Assembly (NCBI GenBank): GCA_965240325.2
Contig: OZ251246.1
Coordinates: forward strand, 248,001-312,000
Length of the DNA: 64,000 nt
Source of the DNA: Rebecca billardiae RCC1528
Lineage: Eukaryota; Protista; Haptophyta
Reading direction: 5' to 3'
In this document: piece by piece, positions 9,541-22,141 of the stretch
Layout of the letters: each line of letters opens with the position of its first letter
Numbering within the stretch: position 1 is the first letter of the stretch
Translations under genes and position numbers: made by a program
The notes under the pieces: generated by a model
What the model was told of the DNA's origin: nothing
Databases searched by the model: none
The model's input: the letters and a program-made list of their open reading frames with translations, nothing else

Positions 9541-12465
9541 CGACGGCTGCGACGAGCGGCGGCTAGCTCAGCAGAGCGGCGCGACTGAGCGATGATGTGC
9601 GCGCCGGGCGGGCACGCCGACGCGTGAGCAGTGCGCCCCGGGGCCGCTCGACGCGCGCGCGCGCGCCCGGCCGCACGGCGCCTCCTCCACGCGGCCCCAT
9701 GTCCCGGCTCAGAGCGAGCAGCTGACAGCAACTGGTCTTCACGATCTGCGGCGGCGGCGAGCAGCTACGACTGCTACGGGGGCCTCAGAGCGCGGCGAGG
9801 ACGCGCGGGCTGGGCGCGATCGGGGTGCGGGACGCTCGGCGCGGCCCAGGCGCACCGAGCCCACGTGCCAGCGAGGTGGCGCGGCGCGCCGCGCGCGCGC
9901 GCTCGCGCGCCGACTTTTGTCGGGTCAGATCAGCTCTTACGGCAGCTCACGGCCTCAGCCGACGGCTGCGACCAGCGGCGGCTAGCTCAGCAGAGCGGCG
10001 CGACTGAGCGATGATGCGCGCGCCGGGCGGGCGCGCCGACACGTGAGCAGTGCGCCCAGGGGCCGCTCGACGCGCACGCGCGCGCCCGGCCGCACGGCGT
10101 CTCCTCCACGCGGCCCCATGTCCCGGCTCAGAGCGAGCAGCTGACAGCAGCTGGTCTTCACGATCTGCGGCGGCGGCGAGCAGCTACGACTGCTACGGGG
10201 GCCTCAGAGCGCGGCGAGGACGAGCTAGCTGGGCGAGATCCGGGTGCGGGGTGCTCTGCGCGGCCCAGGCGCACCGAGCCCACGTGCCAGCGAGGTGGCG
10301 CGGCGCGCCGCGCGCGCGCGCTCGCGCGCCGACTTTTGTCGGGTCAGATCAGCTGACGGCAGCTCACGGCCTCAGCCGACGGCTGCGACCAGCGGCGGCT
10401 AGCTCAGCAGAGCGGCGCGACTGAGCGATGATGCGCGCGCCGGGCGGGCGCGCCGACGCGTGAGCAGTGCGCCCAGGGGCCGCTCGACGCGCACGCGCGC
10501 GCCCGGCCGCACGGCGCCTCCTCCACGCGGCCCCATGTCCCGGCTCAGAGCGAGCAGCTGACAGCAGCTGGTCTTCACGATCTGCGGCGGCGGCGAGCAG
10601 CTACGACTGCTACGGGGGCCTCAGAGCGCGGCGAGGACGAGCTAGCTGGGCGAGATCCGGGTGCGGGGTGCTCTGCGTGGCCCAGGCGCACCGAGCCCAC
10701 GTGCCAGCGAGGTGGCGCGGCGCGCCGCGCGCGCGCGCTCGCGCGCCGACTTTTGTCGGGTCAGATCAGCTGACGGCAGCTCACGGCCTCAGCCGACGGC
10801 TGCGACCAGCGGCGGCTAGCTCAGCAGAGCGGCGCGACTGAGCGATGATGCGCGCGCCGGGCGGGCGCGCCGACGCGTGAGCAGTGCGCCCAGGGGCCGC
10901 TCGACGCGCACGCGCGCGCCCGGCCGCACGGCGTCTCCTCCACGCGGCCCCATGTCCCGGCTCAGAGCGAGCAGCTGACAGCAGCTGGTCTTCACGATCT
11001 GCGGCGGCGGCGAGCAGCTACGACTGCTACGGGGGCCTCAGAGCGCGGCGAGGACGAGCTAGCTGGGCGAGATCCGGGTGCGGGGCACTCGGCGCGGCCC
11101 GGGCACACCGAGCCCACGTGCCAGCGGGGCGGCGCGGCGCCGCGCGCGCGCGCGCGCTCGCGCCGACTTTTGTCGGGTCAGATCAGCTGACGGCAGCTCA
11201 CGGCCTCAGCCGACGGCTGCGACCAGCGGCGGCTAGCTCAGCAGAGCGGCGCGACTGAGCGATGATGCGCGCGCCGGGCGGGCGCGCCGACGCGTGAGCA
11301 GTGCGCCCAGGGGCCGCTCGACGCGCACGCGCGCGCCCGGCCGCACGGCGCCTCCTCCACGCGGCCCCATGTCCCGGCTCAGAGCGAGCAGCTGACAGCA
11401 GCTGGTCTTCACGATCTGCGGCGGCGGCGAGCAGCTACGACTGCTACGGGGACCTCAGAGCGCGGCGAGGACGAGCTAGCTGGGCGAGATCCGGGTGCGG
11501 GGTGCTCTGCGTGGCCCGGGCACACCGAGCCCACGTGCCAGCGGGGCGGCGCGGCGCCGCGCGCGCGCGCGCGCTCGCGCCGACTTTTGTCGGGTCAGAT
11601 CAGCTGACGGCAGCTCACGGCCTCAGCCGACGGCTGCGACCAGCGGCGGCTAGCTCAGCAGAGCGGCGCGACTGAGCGATGATGCGCGCGCCGGGCGGGC
11701 GCGCCGACGCGTGAGCAGTGCGCCCAGGGGCCGCTCGACGCGCACGCGCGCGCCCGGCCGCACGGCGCCTCCTCCACGCGGCCCCATGTCCCGGCTCAGA
11801 GCGAGCAGCTGACAGCAGCTGGTCTTCACGATCTGCGGCGGCGGCGAGCAGCTACGACTGCTACGGGGGCCTCAGAGCGCGGCGAGGACGAGCTAGCTGG
11901 GCGAGATCCGGGTGCGGGGTGCTCTGCGTGGCCCGGGCACACCGAGCCCACGTGCCAGCGGGGCGGCGCGGCGCCGCGCGCGCGCGCGCGCTCGCGCCGA
12001 CTTTTGTCGGGTCAGATCAGCCTACGGCAGCTCACGGCCTCAGCCGACGGCTGCGACCAGCGGCGGCTAGCTCAGCAGAGCGGCGCGACTGAGCGATGAT
12101 GCGCGCGCCGGGCGGGCGCGCCGACACGTGAGCAGTGCGCCCGGATGCCGCTCGACGCGCACGCGCGCGCCCGGCCGCACGGCGTCTCCTCCACGCGGCC
12201 CCATGTCCCGGCTCAGAGCGAGCAGCTGACAGCAGCTGGTCTTCACGATCTGCGGCGGCGGCGAGCAGCTACGACTGCTACGGGGGCCTCAGAGCGCGGC
12301 GAGGACGAGCTAGCTGGGCGAGATCGGGGTGCGGGGCACTCGGCGCGGCCCAGGCACACCGAGCCCACGTGCCAGCGGGGCGGCGCCGCGCCGCGCGCGC
12401 GCGCGCTCGCGCGCCGACTTTTGTCGGGTCAGATCAGCCTACGGCAGCTCACGGCCTCAGCCGAG
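9541..12465. repeat. Tandem array of 7 x ~417-bp GC-rich units in the 3' part of A1
   Basis: Period 417 (first interval 419): equivalent positions at 9631, 10050, 10467, 10884, 11301, 11718, 12135. Confidence 0.95.
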
Positions 12466-12952
12466 GCTGCTCACTTAAGTGAGCAGGTAGTAGAAAAGTC
12501 GGAACGAGGGCGAGGGCGACGGCGAGCGAGGCCGGCGTCGGTCCACATGGGTCGGGGATATTCCCGCCGTGCAGCGATCCCAGCGCGTCGTCCGCCTCCG
12601 GCGAGTTGGTGGGGCACAGGAGCCCACATCTTGCGCAGAGCAGCTGAGGTTAATCGGACGCTCCCGCGCGGCGGCGGGGCCGGCAGTTGGGGCCTCCACT
12701 GGGTTGGACTTGCGCCACGCCGCTTGTCATAGCTCGACGAGCTCAACCCGTGGCGCCGAGCTCGTGCCCAGCGCACATCCGCGAGGGCGTGCGGCCCCAG
12801 CGCACGCGGCGGCTGCGTCGCTGGGGCGCTCGCCATGGACGGAACGAGTTCGAATAGAGGCCACACCGCTTCGTCAGCTGTAAGATCAACTTTGGGCGGC
12901 TCGGGACGTAACGTGCAGTCATCTTTGGTGGCCAAGCAGCCGGCGGCGGCTG

Positions 12953-14254
12953 ATGGGCCGCGCGCCGACCGCGCCCAAAGATCGGCGCGGGCGCAAAGGC
13001 GCCCACCGCGTCGGCTACGCTCCGAACAGGCGGGTATCGCGGGAGTGTATTGCTCTGGATTACAACCCGAAGGCCCTGGGCCCTGAGGAGAGGTTTCACC
13101 ATGCGATCGGCGCGTGCGTGCTGTGCCTCAATGAAGGCTCTCCGTTGGCCTCAGCTTTCCAGAGGGCGGCGCGGTCGGCCGAGGTCACCGAGAAGACGAT
13201 GAAGAAGTGGTTCATGGACTGGCACACGGAGGGCTGGCACATTGATGCTGACGGGAAGCCGAAGCGCGGTCCACGCCCACGCCTCAGTGCCGAGGCGCAG
13301 GCGGCGCTTACGTCCGAGCTCAGCGCCGGGCCGGCTGGTCAGAGTGTGCGGAAGGCTGCGTGCCGCGCCGTCGGTGCTGGATCGCTCGATGCGTCCGCGC
13401 TCGACGTCTCCGACGAGACGCTACGCCGCGCGGCGCGGAAGAAGATGGATTGGGAGCCGCTCAAGGTGAGGAAGCAGATCACGGCTCAGCAGGCGAAGAA
13501 GCGGGTGGCGTTCGCACGGTGGCTGCAGAGAGTCAAGGCGATGGTTGACAGGCTGTTCTTCACCGACTCGAAGTACTTCAAGTTCGACGTCACGAACCGG
13601 AGCACGGTGATGTCGTGGACGCTGCGTGACGAGCCCAAGCGCAAGCTGAACCAGGTCCAGGCAGGTGACTGCGTGATCCATGGCTACGCCGGCGCCTGCT
13701 CTCGCGGCATCACGCCGCTCTATTTTGCCACGGGCACTCACGGCCGCACGCATGAGAATGGTCGCGGCAAGCAGTGCCGTGGCGTGTGCTGGAAGGAGTA
13801 CCTGAACGACGTGCTGCCTTTCCTGGACAAGGAGGCCCAGGCGCTCTTCGGCGACTTCATCAGACAGATGATCTTCCAGCAGGACAGTGCCTCACCCCAC
13901 ACGGCGCTGGCTGTGCGCCAATGGCTCGACGAGCGGTTTGGCCCCGAGGGACACCTTGGCCCCAAGTCCACCGAGGGTCAGCCGGGCCGTAGCTGGCCGC
14001 CGAACAGCGCCGACTTGTCGCTCATTGAGCATGTCTGGGCGCGCGTGGAGCAGCTTCTCAACGCATGGAAGCACAAGTGGTGCACCGACAACCCGAGCAA
14101 GCAGCGGCCACCCTTCAAGGAGTTCGAGGAGGTGGTGAAGGCTAAGTTCGAGGAGGTACGGAACGACAAGAAGTTCATCCAGGCGCTGTTCAAATCCTAT
14201 CGGCGTCGGCTGCAGGACTGCGTCGAGACCAAGGGTGAGCAGCGCGTGCGCTGA
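12953..14254 (+). CDS. Tc1-like DDE transposase, copy 2
   Basis: Protein identical to copy 1 except QRPTF->QRPPF. Confidence 0.93.
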   Translation: MGRAPTAPKDRRGRKGAHRVGYAPNRRVSRECIALDYNPKALGPEERFHHAIGACVLCLNEGSPLASAFQRAARSAEVTEKTMKKWFMDWHTEGWHIDADGKPKRGPRPRLSAEAQAALTSELSAGPAGQSVRKAACRAVGAGSLDASALDVSDETLRRAARKKMDWEPLKVRKQITAQQAKKRVAFARWLQRVKAMVDRLFFTDSKYFKFDVTNRSTVMSWTLRDEPKRKLNQVQAGDCVIHGYAGACSRGITPLYFATGTHGRTHENGRGKQCRGVCWKEYLNDVLPFLDKEAQALFGDFIRQMIFQQDSASPHTALAVRQWLDERFGPEGHLGPKSTEGQPGRSWPPNSADLSLIEHVWARVEQLLNAWKHKWCTDNPSKQRPPFKEFEEVVKAKFEEVRNDKKFIQALFKSYRRRLQDCVETKGEQRVR

Positions 14255-14372
14255 AGAGCAGTGTCGGACAATGATGGTATATAGTTTATTAGCTGCTCAG
14301 TATAGTAGATCTCGAGTCATATCATATCAGCCTATAGGCTATAGCTTACTCTACGTCTAACGTCACGTCTCA

Positions 14373-17297
14373 CGACGGCTGCGACGAGCGGCGGCTAGCT
14401 CAGCAGAGCGGCGCGACTGAGCGATGATGTGCGCGCCGGGCGGGCACGCCGACGCGTGAGCAGTGCGCCCCGGGGCCGCTCGACGCGCGCGCGCGCGCCC
14501 GGCCGCACGGCGCCTCCTCCACGCGGCCCCATGTCCCGGCTCAGAGCGAGCAGCTGACAGCAACTGGTCTTCACGATCTGCGGCGGCGGCGAGCAGCTAC
14601 GACTGCTACGGGGGCCTCAGAGCGCGGCGAGGACGCGCGGGCTGGGCGCGATCGGGGTGCGGGACGCTCGGCGCGGCCCAGGCGCACCGAGCCCACGTGC
14701 CAGCGAGGTGGCGCGGCGCGCCGCGCGCGCGCGCTCGCGCGCCGACTTTTGTCGGGTCAGATCAGCTCTTACGGCAGCTCACGGCCTCAGCCGACGGCTG
14801 CGACCAGCGGCGGCTAGCTCAGCAGAGCGGCGCGACTGAGCGATGATGCGCGCGCCGGGCGGGCGCGCCGACACGTGAGCAGTGCGCCCAGGGGCCGCTC
14901 GACGCGCACGCGCGCGCCCGGCCGCACGGCGTCTCCTCCACGCGGCCCCATGTCCCGGCTCAGAGCGAGCAGCTGACAGCAGCTGGTCTTCACGATCTGC
15001 GGCGGCGGCGAGCAGCTACGACTGCTACGGGGGCCTCAGAGCGCGGCGAGGACGAGCTAGCTGGGCGAGATCCGGGTGCGGGGTGCTCTGCGCGGCCCAG
15101 GCGCACCGAGCCCACGTGCCAGCGAGGTGGCGCGGCGCGCCGCGCGCGCGCGCTCGCGCGCCGACTTTTGTCGGGTCAGATCAGCTGACGGCAGCTCACG
15201 GCCTCAGCCGACGGCTGCGACCAGCGGCGGCTAGCTCAGCAGAGCGGCGCGACTGAGCGATGATGCGCGCGCCGGGCGGGCGCGCCGACGCGTGAGCAGT
15301 GCGCCCAGGGGCCGCTCGACGCGCACGCGCGCGCCCGGCCGCACGGCGCCTCCTCCACGCGGCCCCATGTCCCGGCTCAGAGCGAGCAGCTGACAGCAGC
15401 TGGTCTTCACGATCTGCGGCGGCGGCGAGCAGCTACGACTGCTACGGGGGCCTCAGAGCGCGGCGAGGACGAGCTAGCTGGGCGAGATCCGGGTGCGGGG
15501 TGCTCTGCGTGGCCCAGGCGCACCGAGCCCACGTGCCAGCGAGGTGGCGCGGCGCGCCGCGCGCGCGCGCTCGCGCGCCGACTTTTGTCGGGTCAGATCA
15601 GCTGACGGCAGCTCACGGCCTCAGCCGACGGCTGCGACCAGCGGCGGCTAGCTCAGCAGAGCGGCGCGACTGAGCGATGATGCGCGCGCCGGGCGGGCGC
15701 GCCGACGCGTGAGCAGTGCGCCCAGGGGCCGCTCGACGCGCACGCGCGCGCCCGGCCGCACGGCGTCTCCTCCACGCGGCCCCATGTCCCGGCTCAGAGC
15801 GAGCAGCTGACAGCAGCTGGTCTTCACGATCTGCGGCGGCGGCGAGCAGCTACGACTGCTACGGGGGCCTCAGAGCGCGGCGAGGACGAGCTAGCTGGGC
15901 GAGATCCGGGTGCGGGGCACTCGGCGCGGCCCGGGCACACCGAGCCCACGTGCCAGCGGGGCGGCGCGGCGCCGCGCGCGCGCGCGCGCTCGCGCCGACT
16001 TTTGTCGGGTCAGATCAGCTGACGGCAGCTCACGGCCTCAGCCGACGGCTGCGACCAGCGGCGGCTAGCTCAGCAGAGCGGCGCGACTGAGCGATGATGC
16101 GCGCGCCGGGCGGGCGCGCCGACGCGTGAGCAGTGCGCCCAGGGGCCGCTCGACGCGCACGCGCGCGCCCGGCCGCACGGCGCCTCCTCCACGCGGCCCC
16201 ATGTCCCGGCTCAGAGCGAGCAGCTGACAGCAGCTGGTCTTCACGATCTGCGGCGGCGGCGAGCAGCTACGACTGCTACGGGGACCTCAGAGCGCGGCGA
16301 GGACGAGCTAGCTGGGCGAGATCCGGGTGCGGGGTGCTCTGCGTGGCCCGGGCACACCGAGCCCACGTGCCAGCGGGGCGGCGCGGCGCCGCGCGCGCGC
16401 GCGCGCTCGCGCCGACTTTTGTCGGGTCAGATCAGCTGACGGCAGCTCACGGCCTCAGCCGACGGCTGCGACCAGCGGCGGCTAGCTCAGCAGAGCGGCG
16501 CGACTGAGCGATGATGCGCGCGCCGGGCGGGCGCGCCGACGCGTGAGCAGTGCGCCCAGGGGCCGCTCGACGCGCACGCGCGCGCCCGGCCGCACGGCGC
16601 CTCCTCCACGCGGCCCCATGTCCCGGCTCAGAGCGAGCAGCTGACAGCAGCTGGTCTTCACGATCTGCGGCGGCGGCGAGCAGCTACGACTGCTACGGGG
16701 GCCTCAGAGCGCGGCGAGGACGAGCTAGCTGGGCGAGATCCGGGTGCGGGGTGCTCTGCGTGGCCCGGGCACACCGAGCCCACGTGCCAGCGGGGCGGCG
16801 CGGCGCCGCGCGCGCGCGCGCGCTCGCGCCGACTTTTGTCGGGTCAGATCAGCCTACGGCAGCTCACGGCCTCAGCCGACGGCTGCGACCAGCGGCGGCT
16901 AGCTCAGCAGAGCGGCGCGACTGAGCGATGATGCGCGCGCCGGGCGGGCGCGCCGACACGTGAGCAGTGCGCCCGGATGCCGCTCGACGCGCACGCGCGC
17001 GCCCGGCCGCACGGCGTCTCCTCCACGCGGCCCCATGTCCCGGCTCAGAGCGAGCAGCTGACAGCAGCTGGTCTTCACGATCTGCGGCGGCGGCGAGCAG
17101 CTACGACTGCTACGGGGGCCTCAGAGCGCGGCGAGGACGAGCTAGCTGGGCGAGATCGGGGTGCGGGGCACTCGGCGCGGCCCAGGCACACCGAGCCCAC
17201 GTGCCAGCGGGGCGGCGCCGCGCCGCGCGCGCGCGCGCTCGCGCGCCGACTTTTGTCGGGTCAGATCAGCCTACGGCAGCTCACGGCCTCAGCCGAG
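14373..17297. repeat. 7 x ~417-bp array in A2
   Basis: Same units as in A1, shifted by 4832. Confidence 0.95.
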
Positions 17298-17784
17298 GCT
17301 GCTCACTTAAGTGAGCAGGTAGTAGAAAAGTCGGAACGAGGGCGAGGGCGACGGCGAGCGAGGCCGGCGTCGGTCCACATGGGTCGGGGATATTCCCGCC
17401 GTGCAGCGATCCCAGCGCGTCGTCCGCCTCCGGCGAGTTGGTGGGGCACAGGAGCCCACATCTTGCGCAGAGCAGCTGAGGTTAATCGGACGCTCCCGCG
17501 CGGCGGCGGGGCCGGCAGTTGGGGCCTCCACTGGGTTGGACTTGCGCCACGCCGCTTGTCATAGCTCGACGAGCTCAACCCGTGGCGCCGAGCTCGTGCC
17601 CAGCGCACATCCGCGAGGGCGTGCGGCCCCAGCGCACGCGGCGGCTGCGTCGCTGGGGCGCTCGCCATGGACGGAACGAGTTCGAATAGAGGCCACACCG
17701 CTTCGTCAGCTGTAAGATCAACTTTGGGCGGCTCGGGACGTAACGTGCAGTCATCTTTGGTGGCCAAGCAGCCGGCGGCGGCTG

Positions 17785-19086
17785 ATGGGCCGCGCGCCGA
17801 CCGCGCCCAAAGATCGGCGCGGGCGCAAAGGCGCCCACCGCGTCGGCTACGCTCCGAACAGGCGGGTATCGCGGGAGTGTATTGCTCTGGATTACAACCC
17901 GAAGGCCCTGGGCCCTGAGGAGAGGTTTCACCATGCGATCGGCGCGTGCGTGCTGTGCCTCAATGAAGGCTCTCCGTTGGCCTCAGCTTTCCAGAGGGCG
18001 GCGCGGTCGGCCGAGGTCACCGAGAAGACGATGAAGAAGTGGTTCATGGACTGGCACACGGAGGGCTGGCACATTGATGCTGACGGGAAGCCGAAGCGCG
18101 GTCCACGCCCACGCCTCAGTGCCGAGGCGCAGGCGGCGCTTACGTCCGAGCTCAGCGCCGGGCCGGCTGGTCAGAGTGTGCGGAAGGCTGCGTGCCGCGC
18201 CGTCGGTGCTGGATCGCTCGATGCGTCCGCGCTCGACGTCTCCGACGAGACGCTACGCCGCGCGGCGCGGAAGAAGATGGATTGGGAGCCGCTCAAGGTG
18301 AGGAAGCAGATCACGGCTCAGCAGGCGAAGAAGCGGGTGGCGTTCGCACGGTGGCTGCAGAGAGTCAAGGCGATGGTTGACAGGCTGTTCTTCACCGACT
18401 CGAAGTACTTCAAGTTCGACGTCACGAACCGGAGCACGGTGATGTCGTGGACGCTGCGTGACGAGCCCAAGCGCAAGCTGAACCAGGTCCAGGCAGGTGA
18501 CTGCGTGATCCATGGCTACGCCGGCGCCTGCTCTCGCGGCATCACGCCGCTCTATTTTGCCACGGGCACTCACGGCCGCACGCATGAGAATGGTCGCGGC
18601 AAGCAGTGCCGTGGCGTGTGCTGGAAGGAGTACCTGAACGACGTGCTGCCTTTCCTGGACAAGGAGGCCCAGGCGCTCTTCGGCGACTTCATCAGACAGA
18701 TGATCTTCCAGCAGGACAGTGCCTCACCCCACACGGCGCTGGCTGTGCGCCAATGGCTCGACGAGCGGTTTGGCCCCGAGGGACACCTTGGCCCCAAGTC
18801 CACCGAGGGTCAGCCGGGCCGTAGCTGGCCGCCGAACAGCGCCGACTTGTCGCTCATTGAGCATGTCTGGGCGCGCGTGGAGCAGCTTCTCAACGCATGG
18901 AAGCACAAGTGGTGCACCGACAACCCGAGCAAGCAGCGGCCAACCTTCAAGGAGTTCGAGGAGGTGGTGAAGGCTAAGTTCGAGGAGGTACGGAACGACA
19001 AGAAGTTCATCCAGGCGCTGTTCAAATCCTATCGGCGTCGGCTGCAGGACTGCGTCGAGACCAAGGGTGAGCAGCGCGTGCGCTGA
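17785..19086 (+). CDS. Tc1-like DDE transposase, copy 3
   Basis: Protein identical to copy 1. Confidence 0.93.
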   Translation: MGRAPTAPKDRRGRKGAHRVGYAPNRRVSRECIALDYNPKALGPEERFHHAIGACVLCLNEGSPLASAFQRAARSAEVTEKTMKKWFMDWHTEGWHIDADGKPKRGPRPRLSAEAQAALTSELSAGPAGQSVRKAACRAVGAGSLDASALDVSDETLRRAARKKMDWEPLKVRKQITAQQAKKRVAFARWLQRVKAMVDRLFFTDSKYFKFDVTNRSTVMSWTLRDEPKRKLNQVQAGDCVIHGYAGACSRGITPLYFATGTHGRTHENGRGKQCRGVCWKEYLNDVLPFLDKEAQALFGDFIRQMIFQQDSASPHTALAVRQWLDERFGPEGHLGPKSTEGQPGRSWPPNSADLSLIEHVWARVEQLLNAWKHKWCTDNPSKQRPTFKEFEEVVKAKFEEVRNDKKFIQALFKSYRRRLQDCVETKGEQRVR

Positions 19087-19204
19087 AGAGCAGTGTCGGA
19101 CAATGATGGTATATAGTTTATTAGCTGCTCAGTATAGTAGATCTCGAGTCATATCATATCAGCCTATAGGCTATAGCTTACTCTACGTCTAACGTCACGT
19201 CTCA

Positions 19205-22129
19205 CGACGGCTGCGACGAGCGGCGGCTAGCTCAGCAGAGCGGCGCGACTGAGCGATGATGTGCGCGCCGGGCGGGCACGCCGACGCGTGAGCAGTGCGC
19301 CCCGGGGCCGCTCGACGCGCGCGCGCGCGCCCGGCCGCACGGCGCCTCCTCCACGCGGCCCCATGTCCCGGCTCAGAGCGAGCAGCTGACAGCAACTGGT
19401 CTTCACGATCTGCGGCGGCGGCGAGCAGCTACGACTGCTACGGGGGCCTCAGAGCGCGGCGAGGACGCGCGGGCTGGGCGCGATCGGGGTGCGGGACGCT
19501 CGGCGCGGCCCAGGCGCACCGAGCCCACGTGCCAGCGAGGTGGCGCGGCGCGCCGCGCGCGCGCGCTCGCGCGCCGACTTTTGTCGGGTCAGATCAGCTC
19601 TTACGGCAGCTCACGGCCTCAGCCGACGGCTGCGACCAGCGGCGGCTAGCTCAGCAGAGCGGCGCGACTGAGCGATGATGCGCGCGCCGGGCGGGCGCGC
19701 CGACACGTGAGCAGTGCGCCCAGGGGCCGCTCGACGCGCACGCGCGCGCCCGGCCGCACGGCGTCTCCTCCACGCGGCCCCATGTCCCGGCTCAGAGCGA
19801 GCAGCTGACAGCAGCTGGTCTTCACGATCTGCGGCGGCGGCGAGCAGCTACGACTGCTACGGGGGCCTCAGAGCGCGGCGAGGACGAGCTAGCTGGGCGA
19901 GATCCGGGTGCGGGGTGCTCTGCGCGGCCCAGGCGCACCGAGCCCACGTGCCAGCGAGGTGGCGCGGCGCGCCGCGCGCGCGCGCTCGCGCGCCGACTTT
20001 TGTCGGGTCAGATCAGCTGACGGCAGCTCACGGCCTCAGCCGACGGCTGCGACCAGCGGCGGCTAGCTCAGCAGAGCGGCGCGACTGAGCGATGATGCGC
20101 GCGCCGGGCGGGCGCGCCGACGCGTGAGCAGTGCGCCCAGGGGCCGCTCGACGCGCACGCGCGCGCCCGGCCGCACGGCGCCTCCTCCACGCGGCCCCAT
20201 GTCCCGGCTCAGAGCGAGCAGCTGACAGCAGCTGGTCTTCACGATCTGCGGCGGCGGCGAGCAGCTACGACTGCTACGGGGGCCTCAGAGCGCGGCGAGG
20301 ACGAGCTAGCTGGGCGAGATCCGGGTGCGGGGTGCTCTGCGTGGCCCAGGCGCACCGAGCCCACGTGCCAGCGAGGTGGCGCGGCGCGCCGCGCGCGCGC
20401 GCTCGCGCGCCGACTTTTGTCGGGTCAGATCAGCTGACGGCAGCTCACGGCCTCAGCCGACGGCTGCGACCAGCGGCGGCTAGCTCAGCAGAGCGGCGCG
20501 ACTGAGCGATGATGCGCGCGCCGGGCGGGCGCGCCGACGCGTGAGCAGTGCGCCCAGGGGCCGCTCGACGCGCACGCGCGCGCCCGGCCGCACGGCGTCT
20601 CCTCCACGCGGCCCCATGTCCCGGCTCAGAGCGAGCAGCTGACAGCAGCTGGTCTTCACGATCTGCGGCGGCGGCGAGCAGCTACGACTGCTACGGGGGC
20701 CTCAGAGCGCGGCGAGGACGAGCTAGCTGGGCGAGATCCGGGTGCGGGGCACTCGGCGCGGCCCGGGCACACCGAGCCCACGTGCCAGCGGGGCGGCGCG
20801 GCGCCGCGCGCGCGCGCGCGCTCGCGCCGACTTTTGTCGGGTCAGATCAGCTGACGGCAGCTCACGGCCTCAGCCGACGGCTGCGACCAGCGGCGGCTAG
20901 CTCAGCAGAGCGGCGCGACTGAGCGATGATGCGCGCGCCGGGCGGGCGCGCCGACGCGTGAGCAGTGCGCCCAGGGGCCGCTCGACGCGCACGCGCGCGC
21001 CCGGCCGCACGGCGCCTCCTCCACGCGGCCCCATGTCCCGGCTCAGAGCGAGCAGCTGACAGCAGCTGGTCTTCACGATCTGCGGCGGCGGCGAGCAGCT
21101 ACGACTGCTACGGGGACCTCAGAGCGCGGCGAGGACGAGCTAGCTGGGCGAGATCCGGGTGCGGGGTGCTCTGCGTGGCCCGGGCACACCGAGCCCACGT
21201 GCCAGCGGGGCGGCGCGGCGCCGCGCGCGCGCGCGCGCTCGCGCCGACTTTTGTCGGGTCAGATCAGCCTACGGCAGCTCACGGCCTCAGCCGACGGCTG
21301 CGACCAGCGGCGGCTAGCTCAGCAGAGCGGCGCGACTGAGCGATGATGCGCGCGCCGGGCGGGCGCGCCGACGCGTGAGCAGTGCGCCCAGGGGCCGCTC
21401 GACGCGCACGCGCGCGCCCGGCCGCACGGCGCCTCCTCCACGCGGCCCCATGTCCCGGCTCAGAGCGAGCAGCTGACAGCAGCTGGTCTTCACGATCTGC
21501 GGCGGCGGCGAGCAGCTACGACTGCTACGGGGGCCTCAGAGCGCGGCGAGGACGAGCTAGCTGGGCGAGATCCGGGTGCGGGGTGCTCTGCGTGGCCCGG
21601 GCACACCGAGCCCACGTGCCAGCGGGGCGGCGCGGCGCCGCGCGCGCGCGCGCGCTCGCGCCGACTTTTGTCGGGTCAGATCAGCCTACGGCAGCTCACG
21701 GCCTCAGCCGACGGCTGCGACCAGCGGCGGCTAGCTCAGCAGAGCGGCGCGACTGAGCGATGATGCGCGCGCCGGGCGGGCGCGCCGACACGTGAGCAGT
21801 GCGCCCGGATGCCGCTCGACGCGCACGCGCGCGCCCGGCCGCACGGCGTCTCCTCCACGCGGCCCCATGTCCCGGCTCAGAGCGAGCAGCTGACAGCAGC
21901 TGGTCTTCACGATCTGCGGCGGCGGCGAGCAGCTACGACTGCTACGGGGGCCTCAGAGCGCGGCGAGGACGAGCTAGCTGGGCGAGATCGGGGTGCGGGG
22001 CACTCGGCGCGGCCCAGGCACACCGAGCCCACGTGCCAGCGGGGCGGCGCCGCGCCGCGCGCGCGCGCGCTCGCGCGCCGACTTTTGTCGGGTCAGATCA
22101 GCCTACGGCAGCTCACGGCCTCAGCCGAG
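19205..22129. repeat. 7 x ~417-bp array in A3
   Basis: Same units; unit 5 carries the cagcctacgg variant that is restricted to units 6-7 in A1 and A2. Confidence 0.95.
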
Positions 22130-22141
22130 GCTGCTCACTTA

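Larger units (their letters stand above)
7646..12475 (+). mobile_element. Tc1/mariner/IS630-superfamily transposon 'A' copy 1 (4830 bp)
   Basis: 9-bp TIRs AGTGAGCAG...CTGCTCACT, flanked by TA; transposase ORF plus 417-bp satellite. Confidence 0.92.
12478..17307 (+). mobile_element. Transposon 'A' copy 2
   Basis: Period 4832 bp from copy 1; junction ctgctcact-TA-agtgagcag. Confidence 0.92.
17310..22139 (+). mobile_element. Transposon 'A' copy 3
   Basis: Same TIRs and TA junctions; followed by TA and then element B. Confidence 0.92.

Noticed and set aside
12474-12479. piggyBac-type TTAA target site
   Set aside because: TTAA appears only at A-A junctions (T + TA + A). The B-A and A-B junctions show TA alone, and the transposase is Tc1-like.
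9631-12482. Seven 115-127-aa ORFs (MRPGAARR...) per transposon as a tandem gene family
   Set aside because: They start at GTG, are Arg/Ala low-complexity, and simply follow the 417-bp repeat in GC-rich DNA.
7646-22139. Fanzor/TnpB or other RNA-guided nuclease cargo in the Tc1-like elements
   Set aside because: No RuvC motifs or C-terminal zinc finger in any frame of A, B or C.
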